A DNA stretch of 64,000 bases, from the NCBI GenBank assembly GCA_039804105.1, contig JBDRZU010000001.1, forward strand, positions 1,024,001 to 1,088,000. The letters run 5' to 3'. Below the pieces are notes generated by a model. The model was not told the DNA's origin, made no database searches, and saw nothing but the letters and a program-made list of their open reading frames with translations. This document shows positions 29,167-39,477 of the stretch, one piece after another; positions within the stretch are counted from its first letter, which is position 1; each line of letters begins with the position of its first letter. This stretch comes from a candidate division WOR-3 bacterium. Its GTDB lineage: Bacteria > Hydrothermota > 32-111. Made by a program: the position numbers and the translations under genes.

Positions 29167-29876
29167 TTTGACTCCTTTTTATCTTTTAAAACCTTTAAAT
29201 ATGGAATAACTTTTTTATTCTCAGGAAATTTTTTTAACAGTTGATTCCAGAATTTTTCAGCATCATCATATTTTTTAAGATTATAATAGGAAAGACCAGC
29301 ATAAAAGTATGCTTCTTCCATGTTTTTGTTCAACTCAATACTTTTTTTAAAGTATATCAAAGCATTTGAGTATTTTTTCATCTCATAGTATACTCTTCCA
29401 ATTTTTAGCTTTATATCGGGATATTTTTTTGTTAAGTTATCAGCTTTTTTATAAGTTTCAAGAGCGTTATTAAAATCGTTTGTTTCAAAATAAAGATCTC
29501 CAAGTTGCAATAAAAGTTTTATTATCTTTTCCTTCTTACCAAAACCTGAGTTACCTTGTTTTTTTTCAAGTTTTGATGCTATATCAAACTGTTCCTCAGC
29601 AAGATCGTATTTTCCCATCTCATTATAGGTCAAAGCAAGATTTAAATGTGCTTCAACATAATTCGGATTAAGTTTTATTGCCTCTTTGAATTCTTTCTCG
29701 GCTTCTTCAAGATTATTCAAAAAATTGTAAGCAAGTCCAAGATAGTTTCTAACATCAGGCCAATCAGGGTGTTCTTTCAAAACATTCAGAAATGTAAAAA
29801 GTGCTTTTTTATACTCTCCCTTATCAAGCATTTCCTTCCCATCTTTAATAAGGTCTTTAACATTTTTCATAAACAC
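29163..29876 (-). CDS. Tetratricopeptide repeat protein
   Basis: Multiple canonical TPR units (LGLAY...AIKLNPNYVEAHLNLA). Confidence 0.9.
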   Translation of the reverse strand: MFMKNVKDLIKDGKEMLDKGEYKKALFTFLNVLKEHPDWPDVRNYLGLAYNFLNNLEEAEKEFKEAIKLNPNYVEAHLNLALTYNEMGKYDLAEEQFDIASKLEKKQGNSGFGKKEKIIKLLLQLGDLYFETNDFNNALETYKKADNLTKKYPDIKLKIGRVYYEMKKYSNALIYFKKSIELNKNMEEAYFYAGLSYYNLKKYDDAEKFWNQLLKKFPENKKVIPYLKVLKDKKESK

Positions 29877-30048
29877 CTCTTTAAAAATTTTAGTTTTTTA
29901 GTTTATCATAAAAATTTTGTAAAATCAATATTTTTAAGGAAAATTTTATTATCCTGTTTTGAGAATAACAGATTATTTAATTGTATAAAATCATCAAATT
30001 TGGTAAAAACCAAAATCCTTTAAGTTATTATTTAAAACAACTTATAAA

Positions 30049-30077
30049 AAAATGTCAAAAAGTCAAGCACCGTCCCC
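30049..30077 (+). repeat. REP-like dispersed repeat, copy A
   Basis: AAAATGTCAAAAAGTCAAGCACCGTCCCC. Confidence 0.9.
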
Positions 30078-30128
30078 GGATTGTTGATATGATATTGATT
30101 TTTAGGATAAAAGTTGTAAAATGAATTT

Positions 30129-30533
30129 ATGTTTTATTTTGAATTTTACTTGAACACAAAAAACGACGAAGAAATTATCGATATAACTGATAAAGTTGAA
30201 CAGATTGTAAAAGGTTCAAATGTAAAAGATGGTTTGGTTCATGTTTATGTACCACATGCAACAGCAGGTATAATTTTAAACGAAAGTGCTGATCCAAATA
30301 TCAAAACAGATTTTTTAAACACTTTAAACAAATTTATTCCCAAAAGAGCAGGTTATCTACACGATAGAATCGATGGAAACGCAGCAGCACATATAAAAAG
30401 TTCTCTTGTTGGTTCAAGTATAACTCTACCTTTAAAAGATGGAAGATTGATCCTTGGCACATGGCAATCAATAATGTTTTGTGAATTTGATGGACCTAGA
30501 AACAACAGAAAAATTATCATTCAGATAATTTAA
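30129..30533 (+). CDS. yjbQ: YjbQ/UPF0047 family protein
   Basis: PHATAG, NE..DP, HD..DGNAAAHIKSSL, LGTWQ, EFDGPR. Confidence 0.92.
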   Translation: MFYFEFYLNTKNDEEIIDITDKVEQIVKGSNVKDGLVHVYVPHATAGIILNESADPNIKTDFLNTLNKFIPKRAGYLHDRIDGNAAAHIKSSLVGSSITLPLKDGRLILGTWQSIMFCEFDGPRNNRKIIIQII

Positions 30534-30697
30534 TTTTTGTTGTCACTGTTCTGATCTTTAAAAACAAATATCCAAAGTTTTATTATTACAAAAAACAAAA
30601 ATTGAACTAAAAAAGTTATCGGTATTGCCAATACAATTAAAAACAAACTCTTTGTAACATTGTTACTTTCCTTTATGATTTCTATCATATTATACAT
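30530..30697 (-). CDS. Small single-TM protein, probable OadG-like decarboxylase gamma subunit
   Basis: Manual translation gives 55 aa: MYNMIEIIKESNNVTKSLFLIVLAIPITFLVQFLFFVIIKLWIFVFKDQNSDNKN. Directly downstream of oadB; below the ORF-track cutoff. Confidence 0.55.
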   Translation of the reverse strand: MYNMIEIIKESNNVTKSLFLIVLAIPITFLVQFLFFVIIKLWIFVFKDQNSDNKN

Positions 30698-30709
30698 CCT
30701 TTATCCTTT

Positions 30710-31831
30710 TTAACCCATCAAAAGTGGAACAAGAGCAAGTACAAGTCCACCTGCTATAACTGAACCAATCTGTCCTGAAAGATTTGCACTAACTGCTTCC
30801 ATAAGAATATAATTATTCTTATCCTCTTCCTGTGCAAGTTTATGAACAACTCTTGCACTCATAGGAAATGCAGAAATTCCAGAAGCACCAACCATTGGAT
30901 TGATTTTGTTTTTTAGAAAAAGGTTTAAAAATTTCGCAAACAGAATTCCACCAGCAGTATCAAAGATAAAAGCAAACAGTCCAAGCAACATAATTTTTAT
31001 AGTATCAAAAGTCAAAAATTTTTCCGCCTGCATAGTTGAACCTATCGCAATACCAAGCAGAAGAGTTGTTATAGACGCAAGTTCATTTTGAGCACTTTTT
31101 GAAAGTTTTTCAACAACTCCCGATTCTCTCAAAAGATTGCCAAGCATAAGAGAACCTATAAGAGGAACACTCATTGGAGCAATAAAACCTGAAATTAAAG
31201 TAACAATAATTGGAAAAGAAATTTTTAAGGATTTAGGAACATTTTTCCCATTCTTTTTCATTCTTATCAATCTTTCTTTTCTCGTTGTTAAAGATTTTAT
31301 CACAACTGGCTGTATCAAAGGAACAAGAGCCATATAGGAGTATGCTGCAACCGAAATTGCTCCAAGATAATTTTTTGCAAATTTTGTTGCGACATAAATT
31401 GAAGTTGGCCCATCAGCAGCACCGATAATTCCAATAGCACTTGAAACCTTAAAATCAAAACCAAGCAGAGTTGCAAAAAGTATTGTCGCAAAAATTCCAA
31501 ACTGTGCTGCTGCACCAAAAAACATCATAACTGGTTGAGTGAACATCGGTGTAAAATCACACATTGCACCAACTGCTATAAAAATGATTATTGGAAAAAG
31601 TTCTGTTGTTATTCCAGTATCAAATAGTATTTTTAAAAAACCGGAGACCCCTTCATGCTCAAGAACAACTGAAAGTGGAAGATTTACAAGTATGGTACTA
31701 AAACCGATTGGTAATAGCAGTAAAGGTTCATACTCTTTTTTGATTGCAAGGTAAATCAAAATCAATCCAACTAAAATCATTACCAACGATTGTATACTGG
31801 TTGATTTGAATCCAACAAAAAGTAAATCCAA
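30710..31831 (-). CDS. oadB: Na+-translocating decarboxylase beta subunit
   Basis: EPLLLLPIGF, IGIIGAADGPTSIY, AAYSYMALVP, GISAFPMSARV. Confidence 0.93.
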   Translation of the reverse strand: MDLLFVGFKSTSIQSLVMILVGLILIYLAIKKEYEPLLLLPIGFSTILVNLPLSVVLEHEGVSGFLKILFDTGITTELFPIIIFIAVGAMCDFTPMFTQPVMMFFGAAAQFGIFATILFATLLGFDFKVSSAIGIIGAADGPTSIYVATKFAKNYLGAISVAAYSYMALVPLIQPVVIKSLTTRKERLIRMKKNGKNVPKSLKISFPIIVTLISGFIAPMSVPLIGSLMLGNLLRESGVVEKLSKSAQNELASITTLLLGIAIGSTMQAEKFLTFDTIKIMLLGLFAFIFDTAGGILFAKFLNLFLKNKINPMVGASGISAFPMSARVVHKLAQEEDKNNYILMEAVSANLSGQIGSVIAGGLVLALVPLLMG

Positions 31832-31924
31832 TTTTCCTCCACTATCGATATTTCTTTAATAAAACATCTTCTTTTTGCAATCTAAAATTTTTTCTATCTA
31901 TTAAAATTTAAAACACTTACAAAA

Positions 31925-31953
31925 AAAATGTCAAAAAGTCAAGCACCGTCCCC
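31925..31953 (+). repeat. REP-like repeat, copy B (supplies the cstA C-terminus and stop codon)
   Basis: Identical 29-mer; the minus strand reads GGG GAC GGT GCT TGA = GDGA-stop. Confidence 0.9.
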
Positions 31954-33576
31954 AGATTTAGTTTTTAACTTTAAAACAAATAGTTTTGTGGTTTCAGATA
32001 TCATAAACAATGCAAGGATTAGAAGTAGAACAGATATAATTCCAAGTAAAATTTTTGAACTTTTGAAAAACTTTACCGTTTGTATCGTGAGTGCTGTCAA
32101 TGTGAAAATTAGCATTAGAATCGAAGGTATCAGGGTGTATAAAGTCGCTTTATTTCTACTCAAAAGCCATACTGTTACAACAAGAAGTGTCAAAGCAGCA
32201 ACAAGTTGATTTGATGCACCAAAAACTGGCCATATTGACTGCCATGGTCCAAGTGAAAGATATGTTGCAAGTCCAATAACGATAGCAGTATTTACATACA
32301 TGTTTTTCATAAACTTTATTTTAAATGTCCCACCAAAAAGTTCATCTCCAATATACCTTGTAATCCTTGTTGCAGTATCAAGTGTTGTAACAATAAAAGT
32401 TTTAAGCATTGTTATTCCAATGAACATTCCGAGTGTTCCAAAAAGAGGTTTTGCTATCTCTCCATAGCCCTTTCCAAAAGCAACGATCCATTTTCCTTCC
32501 TTAACAAGTTCAGGATAAACAAACCCTTCTTTTCCACCAAACCAATATAGACCTGCGGAAACAGATATTACAGCAAGAATGCTTAAAACACCTTCTGTCA
32601 ACATTGCACCATATCCTATCTTTTTTGCATCACCTTCGTTGTTCAATTGTTTTGAAGTTGTTCCGCTCGCAACAAGTGAGTGAAATCCCGATATTGCACC
32701 ACATGCAATCGTGATAAACATCATCGGGAAAAGTGTTCCCTCACTACCTTTAAAACTAACAAAAGCAGGGGTTTTTATTTCTGGTCTTGTAATAAATATT
32801 CCAGTATAACCTGCTATCAATCCAAAAAACAAAACAAAAAATGAAAGGTAATCTCTTGGTTGTAAAATTATGTTAACAGGTAGAACAGATGCAGTATAAG
32901 CATAAAATATGAGTAAACTTATAAGCCAACCTGTATATGTCCATTTTATCGGAAATCTTATTCCAAGTAGTATCAAACCAAACATTAAAACAACTCCAAT
33001 AACCGTTGCAACAATAGTGTTCATTTTGAATCTATAAAGCATAATTCCAACAAGAACTGCAAGTACTATTATTCCAAAAGTAGGAATAGCGATCTCTGGA
33101 GTTGTTTCAAGAGTTTTTGCAGCGGATGCAGCAAAAACTGCTATAACAAGTATTAAAGACAGCCATAGAAAAATTGAAAAAATGATCTTTGCTTTTGAAC
33201 CTAAAACGGATTCAGTTGTATCACCTATCGTTTTCCCATCATTTCTCAAAGAAATCATCAAACTTGAAAAATCGTGAACTCCCCCAAAAAATATTGAACC
33301 AAGAATTATCCATAAAACTGCTGGAAACCAGCCCCAAACAGCACAAGCGATCACAGGTCCAAGTATTGGACCAGCACCTGCAATTGATGAAAAATGGTGT
33401 CCAAAAAGAATGAGCCAATTCTTTGCAGGAACATAATCGATACCATCATATTTATAATTTGCTGGAGTAGTGTTTTCTTTTTTCACATCAAAAAGTTTTT
33501 CAAGAACTCTTCCATAAAATCTATAACCTATAATAAATATCAAAATTGAACCCATGGCGAGCACTATTGAACTCAT
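31939..33576 (-). CDS. cstA: Carbon starvation protein A (peptide/pyruvate transporter)
   Basis: DGIDYVP, FGHHFSSIAGAGPILGP, ACGAISGFHSL, TTLDTATR, WPVFGASNQL. Confidence 0.95.
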   Translation of the reverse strand: MSSIVLAMGSILIFIIGYRFYGRVLEKLFDVKKENTTPANYKYDGIDYVPAKNWLILFGHHFSSIAGAGPILGPVIACAVWGWFPAVLWIILGSIFFGGVHDFSSLMISLRNDGKTIGDTTESVLGSKAKIIFSIFLWLSLILVIAVFAASAAKTLETTPEIAIPTFGIIVLAVLVGIMLYRFKMNTIVATVIGVVLMFGLILLGIRFPIKWTYTGWLISLLIFYAYTASVLPVNIILQPRDYLSFFVLFFGLIAGYTGIFITRPEIKTPAFVSFKGSEGTLFPMMFITIACGAISGFHSLVASGTTSKQLNNEGDAKKIGYGAMLTEGVLSILAVISVSAGLYWFGGKEGFVYPELVKEGKWIVAFGKGYGEIAKPLFGTLGMFIGITMLKTFIVTTLDTATRITRYIGDELFGGTFKIKFMKNMYVNTAIVIGLATYLSLGPWQSIWPVFGASNQLVAALTLLVVTVWLLSRNKATLYTLIPSILMLIFTLTALTIQTVKFFKSSKILLGIISVLLLILALFMISETTKLFVLKLKTKSGDGA

Positions 33577-33596
33577 TTTCTCCTCCTGATCAATAA

Positions 33597-33622
33597 AAAG
33601 GGCGGTTTTAAAACCGTCCTTT
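33597..33622 (-). terminator. Rho-independent terminator after the hydrogenase operon
   Basis: AAAGGACGGTTT-TA-AAACCGCCCTTT hairpin followed by Ts on the minus strand. Confidence 0.7.
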
Positions 33623-33644
33623 CGTATATGTATTAAAACTTTTT

Positions 33645-35429
33645 TTACACAAGATCTGATCTATCCACATATTTTGTATGCAACAACTTGTGTGAAAGTT
33701 CTGAGTATGGTTCACCAAGGAATTCTTTGTAAGCTTTTTGAACCATCGGGTTCTGATGTGATGCTCTGAACTGAAGCATTTCTTTATCCTCTTTATAAAG
33801 CCCTTCTGCTCTTCTTGCTCTCGCTGCATATTCACATGCATACGGCTGTCCACCACCACCAACGCATCCACCTGGGCATGCCATTATTTCGATGAAGTGG
33901 TATTCTGATTCACCTTTTTCTTTCAACTGCTGTGCAACCTTTGTTAAAAGTTTTCTTGCATTTCCAAGTCCATGTGCAACAGCAACCTTTAATGGAACTT
34001 TCTTTCCAAGTTTCTTCACTGGAACTTCAAGAACTCCCTCTTTTATTCCTTCCATTCCTCTGACAATCTTTATATCATAATCTTTCATCTCCTCACCTGA
34101 AAGCACAAAGTAGGCGGTTCTGATCGCTGCTTCCATAACTCCACCAGTTGCTCCAAATATCGTTCCAGCACCAGTATAGAATCCCATCAATTCATCAGCA
34201 GGTTCATCTGGTAAATTCTTAAAATCGATTCCAGATTGTCTGATCATCTTTGCAAATTCTCTTGTTGTCAAAACATAATCAACATCTCTATAACCACTCG
34301 CGTTCATCTCTGGTCTTGCTGCTTCATATTTTTTCGCTGTGCATGGCATTATTGAAACTGAAACTATATCTTTTGGATCTATCTTTTCCATCTTTGCATA
34401 GTATGTTTTTGCAAGTGCTCCAAACATCTGTTGTGGTGACTTTGCAGATGAAATGTGTTCTCTTAAATCAGCAAAAAATGTCTCCATAAATTTTATCCAT
34501 CCAGGTGAACAGGATGTTATAACTGGCAGATGTTTTCCAAACTCACCTGTTTCAAATGCTTTAAAAATCTTATGGACAACCTCGGTTCCTTCTTCCATAA
34601 TTGTCAGATCTGCTGTAAAGTTTGTATCAAACACTCTATCAAAACCCATCCTTCTTAGAACAGCGTGCATTTTTCCTGCTGTAACCTCACCTTCTTTGAA
34701 TCCAAACTCTTCACCTATAGCAACTCTTACAGCAGGTGCTTCCTGAACAACAACATGTTTTGTTGGATCGTTTATTGCAGCCCAAACATCATCAATGCTT
34801 GATTTTTCATAAAGAGCACCAACAGGGCAAACAACAACACATTGACCACAGTTCGTGCAGACACTATCTGAAAGTGGCATATCCATGAATGGAGCCATCT
34901 TCGTTTCATATCCTCTGTTGATAAAATCGATAGCGAATACAGTTTGAATGTTTTGACACACCTGAATACATCTTCCGCACAGGATACATTTGTTTGGATC
35001 CCTTATGATTACACCCTTATCATCAAGAGGCATATCCCTGTCAAACCTTTTGAACGGAAGTTCATAAACACCAAGTTTTTCAGCCATAGCCTGCAATTCA
35101 CAACTCTGGTTTCTGAAACACTCAAGACAATCGTTTGGATGGTTTGAAAGTATAAGTTCAAGAACCGTTTTCCTTGCATCGATAACCTGTTTTGTATTCG
35201 TTTTAATTTTCATCTTATCAGCAACGGGTGTGCAGCATGCTCTTTTAAGAGTTGGTGTATTTTCGACTTCAACTACACAAATACCACAGTTACCTGTTGG
35301 AGTTAGATCTTTATAGTAGCAGAGAGTTGGAATCTCAACATTGATCTTCTTCGCAGCATCAAGTATCGTTGTTCCCTCAGGAACTTTTACTTCGATACCA
35401 TCAATATAAACTGTTAATTCTTTAACCAT
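33645..35429 (-). CDS. hydA: Group A [FeFe]-hydrogenase catalytic subunit (HydA/HndD-like)
   Basis: N-terminal 2Fe-2S, His-ligated and 2x4Fe-4S motifs; H-cluster motifs TSCSPGW, MPCTAKKYE and EIMACPGGCVGGGGQP. Confidence 0.95.
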   Translation of the reverse strand: MVKELTVYIDGIEVKVPEGTTILDAAKKINVEIPTLCYYKDLTPTGNCGICVVEVENTPTLKRACCTPVADKMKIKTNTKQVIDARKTVLELILSNHPNDCLECFRNQSCELQAMAEKLGVYELPFKRFDRDMPLDDKGVIIRDPNKCILCGRCIQVCQNIQTVFAIDFINRGYETKMAPFMDMPLSDSVCTNCGQCVVVCPVGALYEKSSIDDVWAAINDPTKHVVVQEAPAVRVAIGEEFGFKEGEVTAGKMHAVLRRMGFDRVFDTNFTADLTIMEEGTEVVHKIFKAFETGEFGKHLPVITSCSPGWIKFMETFFADLREHISSAKSPQQMFGALAKTYYAKMEKIDPKDIVSVSIMPCTAKKYEAARPEMNASGYRDVDYVLTTREFAKMIRQSGIDFKNLPDEPADELMGFYTGAGTIFGATGGVMEAAIRTAYFVLSGEEMKDYDIKIVRGMEGIKEGVLEVPVKKLGKKVPLKVAVAHGLGNARKLLTKVAQQLKEKGESEYHFIEIMACPGGCVGGGGQPYACEYAARARRAEGLYKEDKEMLQFRASHQNPMVQKAYKEFLGEPYSELSHKLLHTKYVDRSDLV

Positions 35430-35439
35430 TGTTCTCTCC

Positions 35440-37014
35440 TTATTTATTTAACATTTTTTTTATATCATCTTCAAGATATTTACTAAAACTGTTGATCGGA
35501 ATATAAGGTGACTGTCCAAGAGGACAGAAAGATGTGAGTTTCATTATGTATGATAACTCTTTCATCTTTTCCCAATCTTCTATAGTTGATCTACCTTTAA
35601 GAATATTCTTTGAATGTATAGAAAGTTGTTTTGTTCCGATCCTACATGGTGAACACTTTCCACACGATTCATGCTTAAAAAACTGTAAAATTGAATCCAA
35701 TGTCTCAACAGCGTTTCTATCCTCTGAAAGAACAAGTATCGCACCTGAACCTAAAACTGCTGCATATTCACCAAGTGAATCAAAATCCATCTTCACATCA
35801 ATTCCTTTTTCAGATATGAATGCACCAGCAGCACCACCGATCAACGCTGCTTTAAATTTTTTACCTTCTTTTAATCCACCACCATATTTGAAAATAATAT
35901 CTTTCAAAGTTGTTCCCATTGGAACCTCAATAAGACCAGGATAAAGAATATCTCCCATAAGTGTGTAAACCTTTGTTCCTGGACATTTTTCTGTTCCAAA
36001 ACTTTTATACCATTTGCTTCCATTTTTGATTATATCCGTGACATTTGTGAGTGTCTCAACATTGTTGACAACAGATGGGTTCTGTCTGAAACCTTTTACT
36101 CCCGGGAATGGTGGCTTGTTTCTTGGGTTTCCCCTTTTTCCTTCCATCGACTCGATAAGTGCTGTTTCCTCTCCACAAACATAAGCCCCAGCACCTTTTC
36201 TAACCTCAATATCAAAAGAGAAGTTTGATTCAAGAATATTCTTTCCGAGAAGGTTGTACTCTTTACATTTTTTTATAGCATTTTCAACTCTTCTAATTGA
36301 AAGATCATACTCACCTCTTATATAAATGAACCCTTTTGATGCACCAACAGCATAACCTGCAAGAATCATACCTTCGATCAATCTGTAAGGTACACCTTCC
36401 ATTATCAACCTGTCTTTAAATGTTCCAGGTTCACCTTCATCAGCATTGCAAATAATATATTTTTCTCCCTTAAGTGGCGCTGTAAATGACCATTTCAAAC
36501 CTGTTGGGAAACCTGCTCCACCTCTTCCTCTTAATCCCGATTCTTTAACCTCTTTCACAACATCCTCAGGTTTCATTTCAAACAACGCTTTCCCTAATGC
36601 TTCAAATCCACCTATTCCAATATACTCCTCTATGTTTTCAGGATCAATTTCACCTGATCCTTTTAAAACTATTCTTTCCTCTTTTGGTCTTTCAAGTGTA
36701 ACTGTTTCACCTTTAACTATCTCACCTGAAAAAACGAGATCTTTGACTATTCTTCCTTTTAAAAGATGTTCGTTAACGATTCTTGGAACATCTTCACTTT
36801 TAACATTTACATAGTAGACACCTTCTGGGTAAACAACAAGAACAACCCCCTTTCCAGATATTCCAAGATTACCAGTTTCTGCAACCATAACCTCTTCTGA
36901 AAGTCCTGCTTTTTCGATCTCCTTTTTCAATTTTTCAAAAATCCCTTTAGCACCTGCAAGGAGAGTTTCTGGATCAATAGAAACCAAAATATGAGTTCTG
37001 AATATTTTAGCCAT
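35440..37014 (-). CDS. NuoF/HydB-like flavoprotein, paralog 2 (TFK-type; Cys-less N-terminal thioredoxin-like domain)
   Basis: SGLRGRGGAGFPTG, NADEGEPGTFKDR, YVCGEETAL, ESCGKCSPCR...CPLG. Confidence 0.9.
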   Translation of the reverse strand: MAKIFRTHILVSIDPETLLAGAKGIFEKLKKEIEKAGLSEEVMVAETGNLGISGKGVVLVVYPEGVYYVNVKSEDVPRIVNEHLLKGRIVKDLVFSGEIVKGETVTLERPKEERIVLKGSGEIDPENIEEYIGIGGFEALGKALFEMKPEDVVKEVKESGLRGRGGAGFPTGLKWSFTAPLKGEKYIICNADEGEPGTFKDRLIMEGVPYRLIEGMILAGYAVGASKGFIYIRGEYDLSIRRVENAIKKCKEYNLLGKNILESNFSFDIEVRKGAGAYVCGEETALIESMEGKRGNPRNKPPFPGVKGFRQNPSVVNNVETLTNVTDIIKNGSKWYKSFGTEKCPGTKVYTLMGDILYPGLIEVPMGTTLKDIIFKYGGGLKEGKKFKAALIGGAAGAFISEKGIDVKMDFDSLGEYAAVLGSGAILVLSEDRNAVETLDSILQFFKHESCGKCSPCRIGTKQLSIHSKNILKGRSTIEDWEKMKELSYIMKLTSFCPLGQSPYIPINSFSKYLEDDIKKMLNK

Positions 37015-37471
37015 TTTTCTTCTCCCTGTATTTGGTTATTATTTCATCAATCTTTTCCGGTGTAAGATTTCCATACATATCATCATCTATCATCATTGCG
37101 GGAGCAACTGCGCAAACACCAAGACATGATGATGTTTCAAGTGTAAACATGTTATCATCAGTTGTCTCTCCTTCTTTTACTCCGAGCGTCTTTTTCAGAT
37201 AGTTGAACACAGTATCACTTCCCATGAGTTGACATGGTGGTGAAACGCAAACTCTAACGATATGATGTCCACGTTTTTTCACTGAAAACATCGTATAGAA
37301 TGTTGCAACTCCCATCACTTCGGATCTACTGACTTTTAGATACTTTGAAACAGCAACAAGATCATCCTCTGAAAGATACTTTTCCTCTTTTGAATTCTGT
37401 ATATCATGCAGGATGTAAAGGAGGTTTTCTCTTGTTGGTTCATACTTTTTAAGTATTTTTTCTCTATCCAT
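37007..37471 (-). CDS. NuoE/HydC-like 2Fe-2S subunit, paralog 2
   Basis: VATFYTMF, CVSPPC, CLGVCAVAP. Start at MDREK (ATG 37471, GGAGG RBS). Confidence 0.88.
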   Translation of the reverse strand: MDREKILKKYEPTRENLLYILHDIQNSKEEKYLSEDDLVAVSKYLKVSRSEVMGVATFYTMFSVKKRGHHIVRVCVSPPCQLMGSDTVFNYLKKTLGVKEGETTDDNMFTLETSSCLGVCAVAPAMMIDDDMYGNLTPEKIDEIITKYREKKNG

Positions 37472-37484
37472 AAATCCTCCGAAT

Positions 37485-39107
37485 TTATTTTTTCTTTTTA
37501 AAACATATACCCGCTCTACATTTCTTCTCATTTATATGTTCAAGATACTCATCTTTGAAATACCTTATAGTTGAAAGAACCGGATTTGGTGCTGTTTGAC
37601 CAAGTCCACACAAAGATGTTTTGCAGATCTGTTCTCCAAGATGTATTAAAAGATCCAACTCTTCCTCTTTTGCTCTTCCTTTTGAGATCCTTTCAAGAAT
37701 CTCAAGCATCTTTTTTGTTCCGATTCTGCATGGTGGACATTTTCCACATGACTCATCCTGAGTGAATTCAAGAAAATATTTTGCAAGATCGACCATACAT
37801 GTATCCTCACTCATAATGATAAGTCCACCTGAACCTATTATCGTTCCAAGTTTTTTCACACTTTCATAATCAAGTGGAGTATCAATAAATTCAGCAGGGA
37901 TACATCCTCCAGAAGGCCCTCCGATCTGTGCTGCTTTAAACTTTTTATTGTTTGGAAGTCCACCACCGATTTCATAAACCATTTCTCTTAATGTTGTTCC
38001 CATCGGAACCTCAACAAGACCAGTGTTGTTTATCTCACCTGCAAGTGCAAAAACTTTTGTTCCCTTACTCTTTTCAGTTCCAATCGATGAGAACCATTTG
38101 CTTCCTTTTAGGATTATCTGACATATGTTTGCGTATGTCTCAACATTGTTTATCAGAGTTGGTTTTCCAAATAACCCTTTATCTGCTGGAAATGGTGGTT
38201 TTGGAGACGGTGTTCCTCTTTGTCCTTCTATAGAATGCATCAATGCTGTTTCTTCTCCACAAACAAAAGCACCTGCACCAACTCTTATTTCAAGATCAAA
38301 ATCAAGTCCTTTACCAAAAATATTTTTTCCTAAAAGATTCTCATCATACGCTTTTTTGATTGCACTCTTCAACCTTTTTATAGCGAGTGGATACTCTGCT
38401 CTCACATAAACATAACCTTGTCTTGCTCCAACAGCATATCCTGCAATAGTCATTGCTTCGATAACTGAAAAAGGATCTCCTTCAAGAACAGATCGATCCA
38501 TAAAAGCACCTGGATCTCCCTCATCAGCGTTGCACACCACATATTTTTCGTCTCCTTTCGAGTTTCTAACTAATTCCCATTTGAGTCCTGTTGGGAAACC
38601 TGCTCCCCCCCTTCCCCTCAGGCCTGAATCTTTTATCTCTTTAATTACATCCTCAGGGCTCATCTCAGTTAAAACTTTTGCAAGTGCACTGTAACCATCT
38701 TTTCCGATATACTCTTCAAGTGATTCAGGATCTATGATTCCACAGTTTCTTAAAACTATCTTTAACTGTTTCTGGAAAAATGGGATCTGAGCTGCCTGTT
38801 GAACTATCTTTTCAGAATCTTTTTCTTTGTAAAGCAACCTTTGAACCACTCTTCCTTTTAATAAATGTTCTTCAACTATGTCTTTTGCATCCTCAGGTTT
38901 CAATTTTTTATAGAAAACTCCATCAGGATAAACTATCACAACAGGTCCAAGTTCACATATCCCAACACAACCTGTTTCAACTATGTTCACCATACCTTCA
39001 AGTTTATGTTTCTTTAACTCTTCAACAAGTTTATCTCTGAAAGAATAACCTCCACTTGAAATACAGGATGCTCCAGCACACAGAAGAAGGTTATATATTT
39101 TTGCCAT
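37485..39107 (-). CDS. NuoF/HydB-like flavoprotein, paralog 1 (AFM-type)
   Basis: CAGASC...GCVGIC, GRGGAGFPTG, NADEGDPGAFMDR, ESCGKCPPCR...CGLG; ends without the 2x[4Fe-4S] tail. Confidence 0.9.
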   Translation of the reverse strand: MAKIYNLLLCAGASCISSGGYSFRDKLVEELKKHKLEGMVNIVETGCVGICELGPVVIVYPDGVFYKKLKPEDAKDIVEEHLLKGRVVQRLLYKEKDSEKIVQQAAQIPFFQKQLKIVLRNCGIIDPESLEEYIGKDGYSALAKVLTEMSPEDVIKEIKDSGLRGRGGAGFPTGLKWELVRNSKGDEKYVVCNADEGDPGAFMDRSVLEGDPFSVIEAMTIAGYAVGARQGYVYVRAEYPLAIKRLKSAIKKAYDENLLGKNIFGKGLDFDLEIRVGAGAFVCGEETALMHSIEGQRGTPSPKPPFPADKGLFGKPTLINNVETYANICQIILKGSKWFSSIGTEKSKGTKVFALAGEINNTGLVEVPMGTTLREMVYEIGGGLPNNKKFKAAQIGGPSGGCIPAEFIDTPLDYESVKKLGTIIGSGGLIIMSEDTCMVDLAKYFLEFTQDESCGKCPPCRIGTKKMLEILERISKGRAKEEELDLLIHLGEQICKTSLCGLGQTAPNPVLSTIRYFKDEYLEHINEKKCRAGICFKKKK

Positions 39108-39117
39108 CCTTCCTCCA

Positions 39118-39477
39118 TTACTTTGATGATACCAACAAATCTTTTACTATGTTTCCATTTACAAAATGTTCAGCGACTATTCTTCTTGCCTTTTCAGGTG
39201 TGAGGTTACCATAAGTTATCATCTCTTTACCTTCTTCATAAACATCAACTATCGGTTCCCTATCGCAGAGTCCTCTACAACCTGATTGGGTTATCACGAT
39301 ATCTGTAAGATTTCTTTTTGATATTTCATCAAGAAGTGCAGACAAAACTTCTCTTGCTCCTGCTGCTATTCCACAAGTTCCCATTCCCACAACTGCTTTT
39401 ATTCTCCCTTTACCTTCTCTTAAACTTGTCTCTTTTTCCATTTTCTCTCTGATCTTTTTTAGATCTTCAAGTTTCAT
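39118..39477 (-). CDS. Thioredoxin-like [2Fe-2S] ferredoxin (HndB/HydD-like)
   Basis: VGMGTCGIAAGAR, SGCRGLCDREP. Confidence 0.9.
   Translation of the reverse strand: MKLEDLKKIREKMEKETSLREGKGRIKAVVGMGTCGIAAGAREVLSALLDEISKRNLTDIVITQSGCRGLCDREPIVDVYEEGKEMITYGNLTPEKARRIVAEHFVNGNIVKDLLVSSK

Noticed and set aside
31928..32209. 93-aa + strand ORF starting MSKSQAPSP
   Set aside because: The start comes from the repeat and the rest is antisense to cstA; no independent coding signal.
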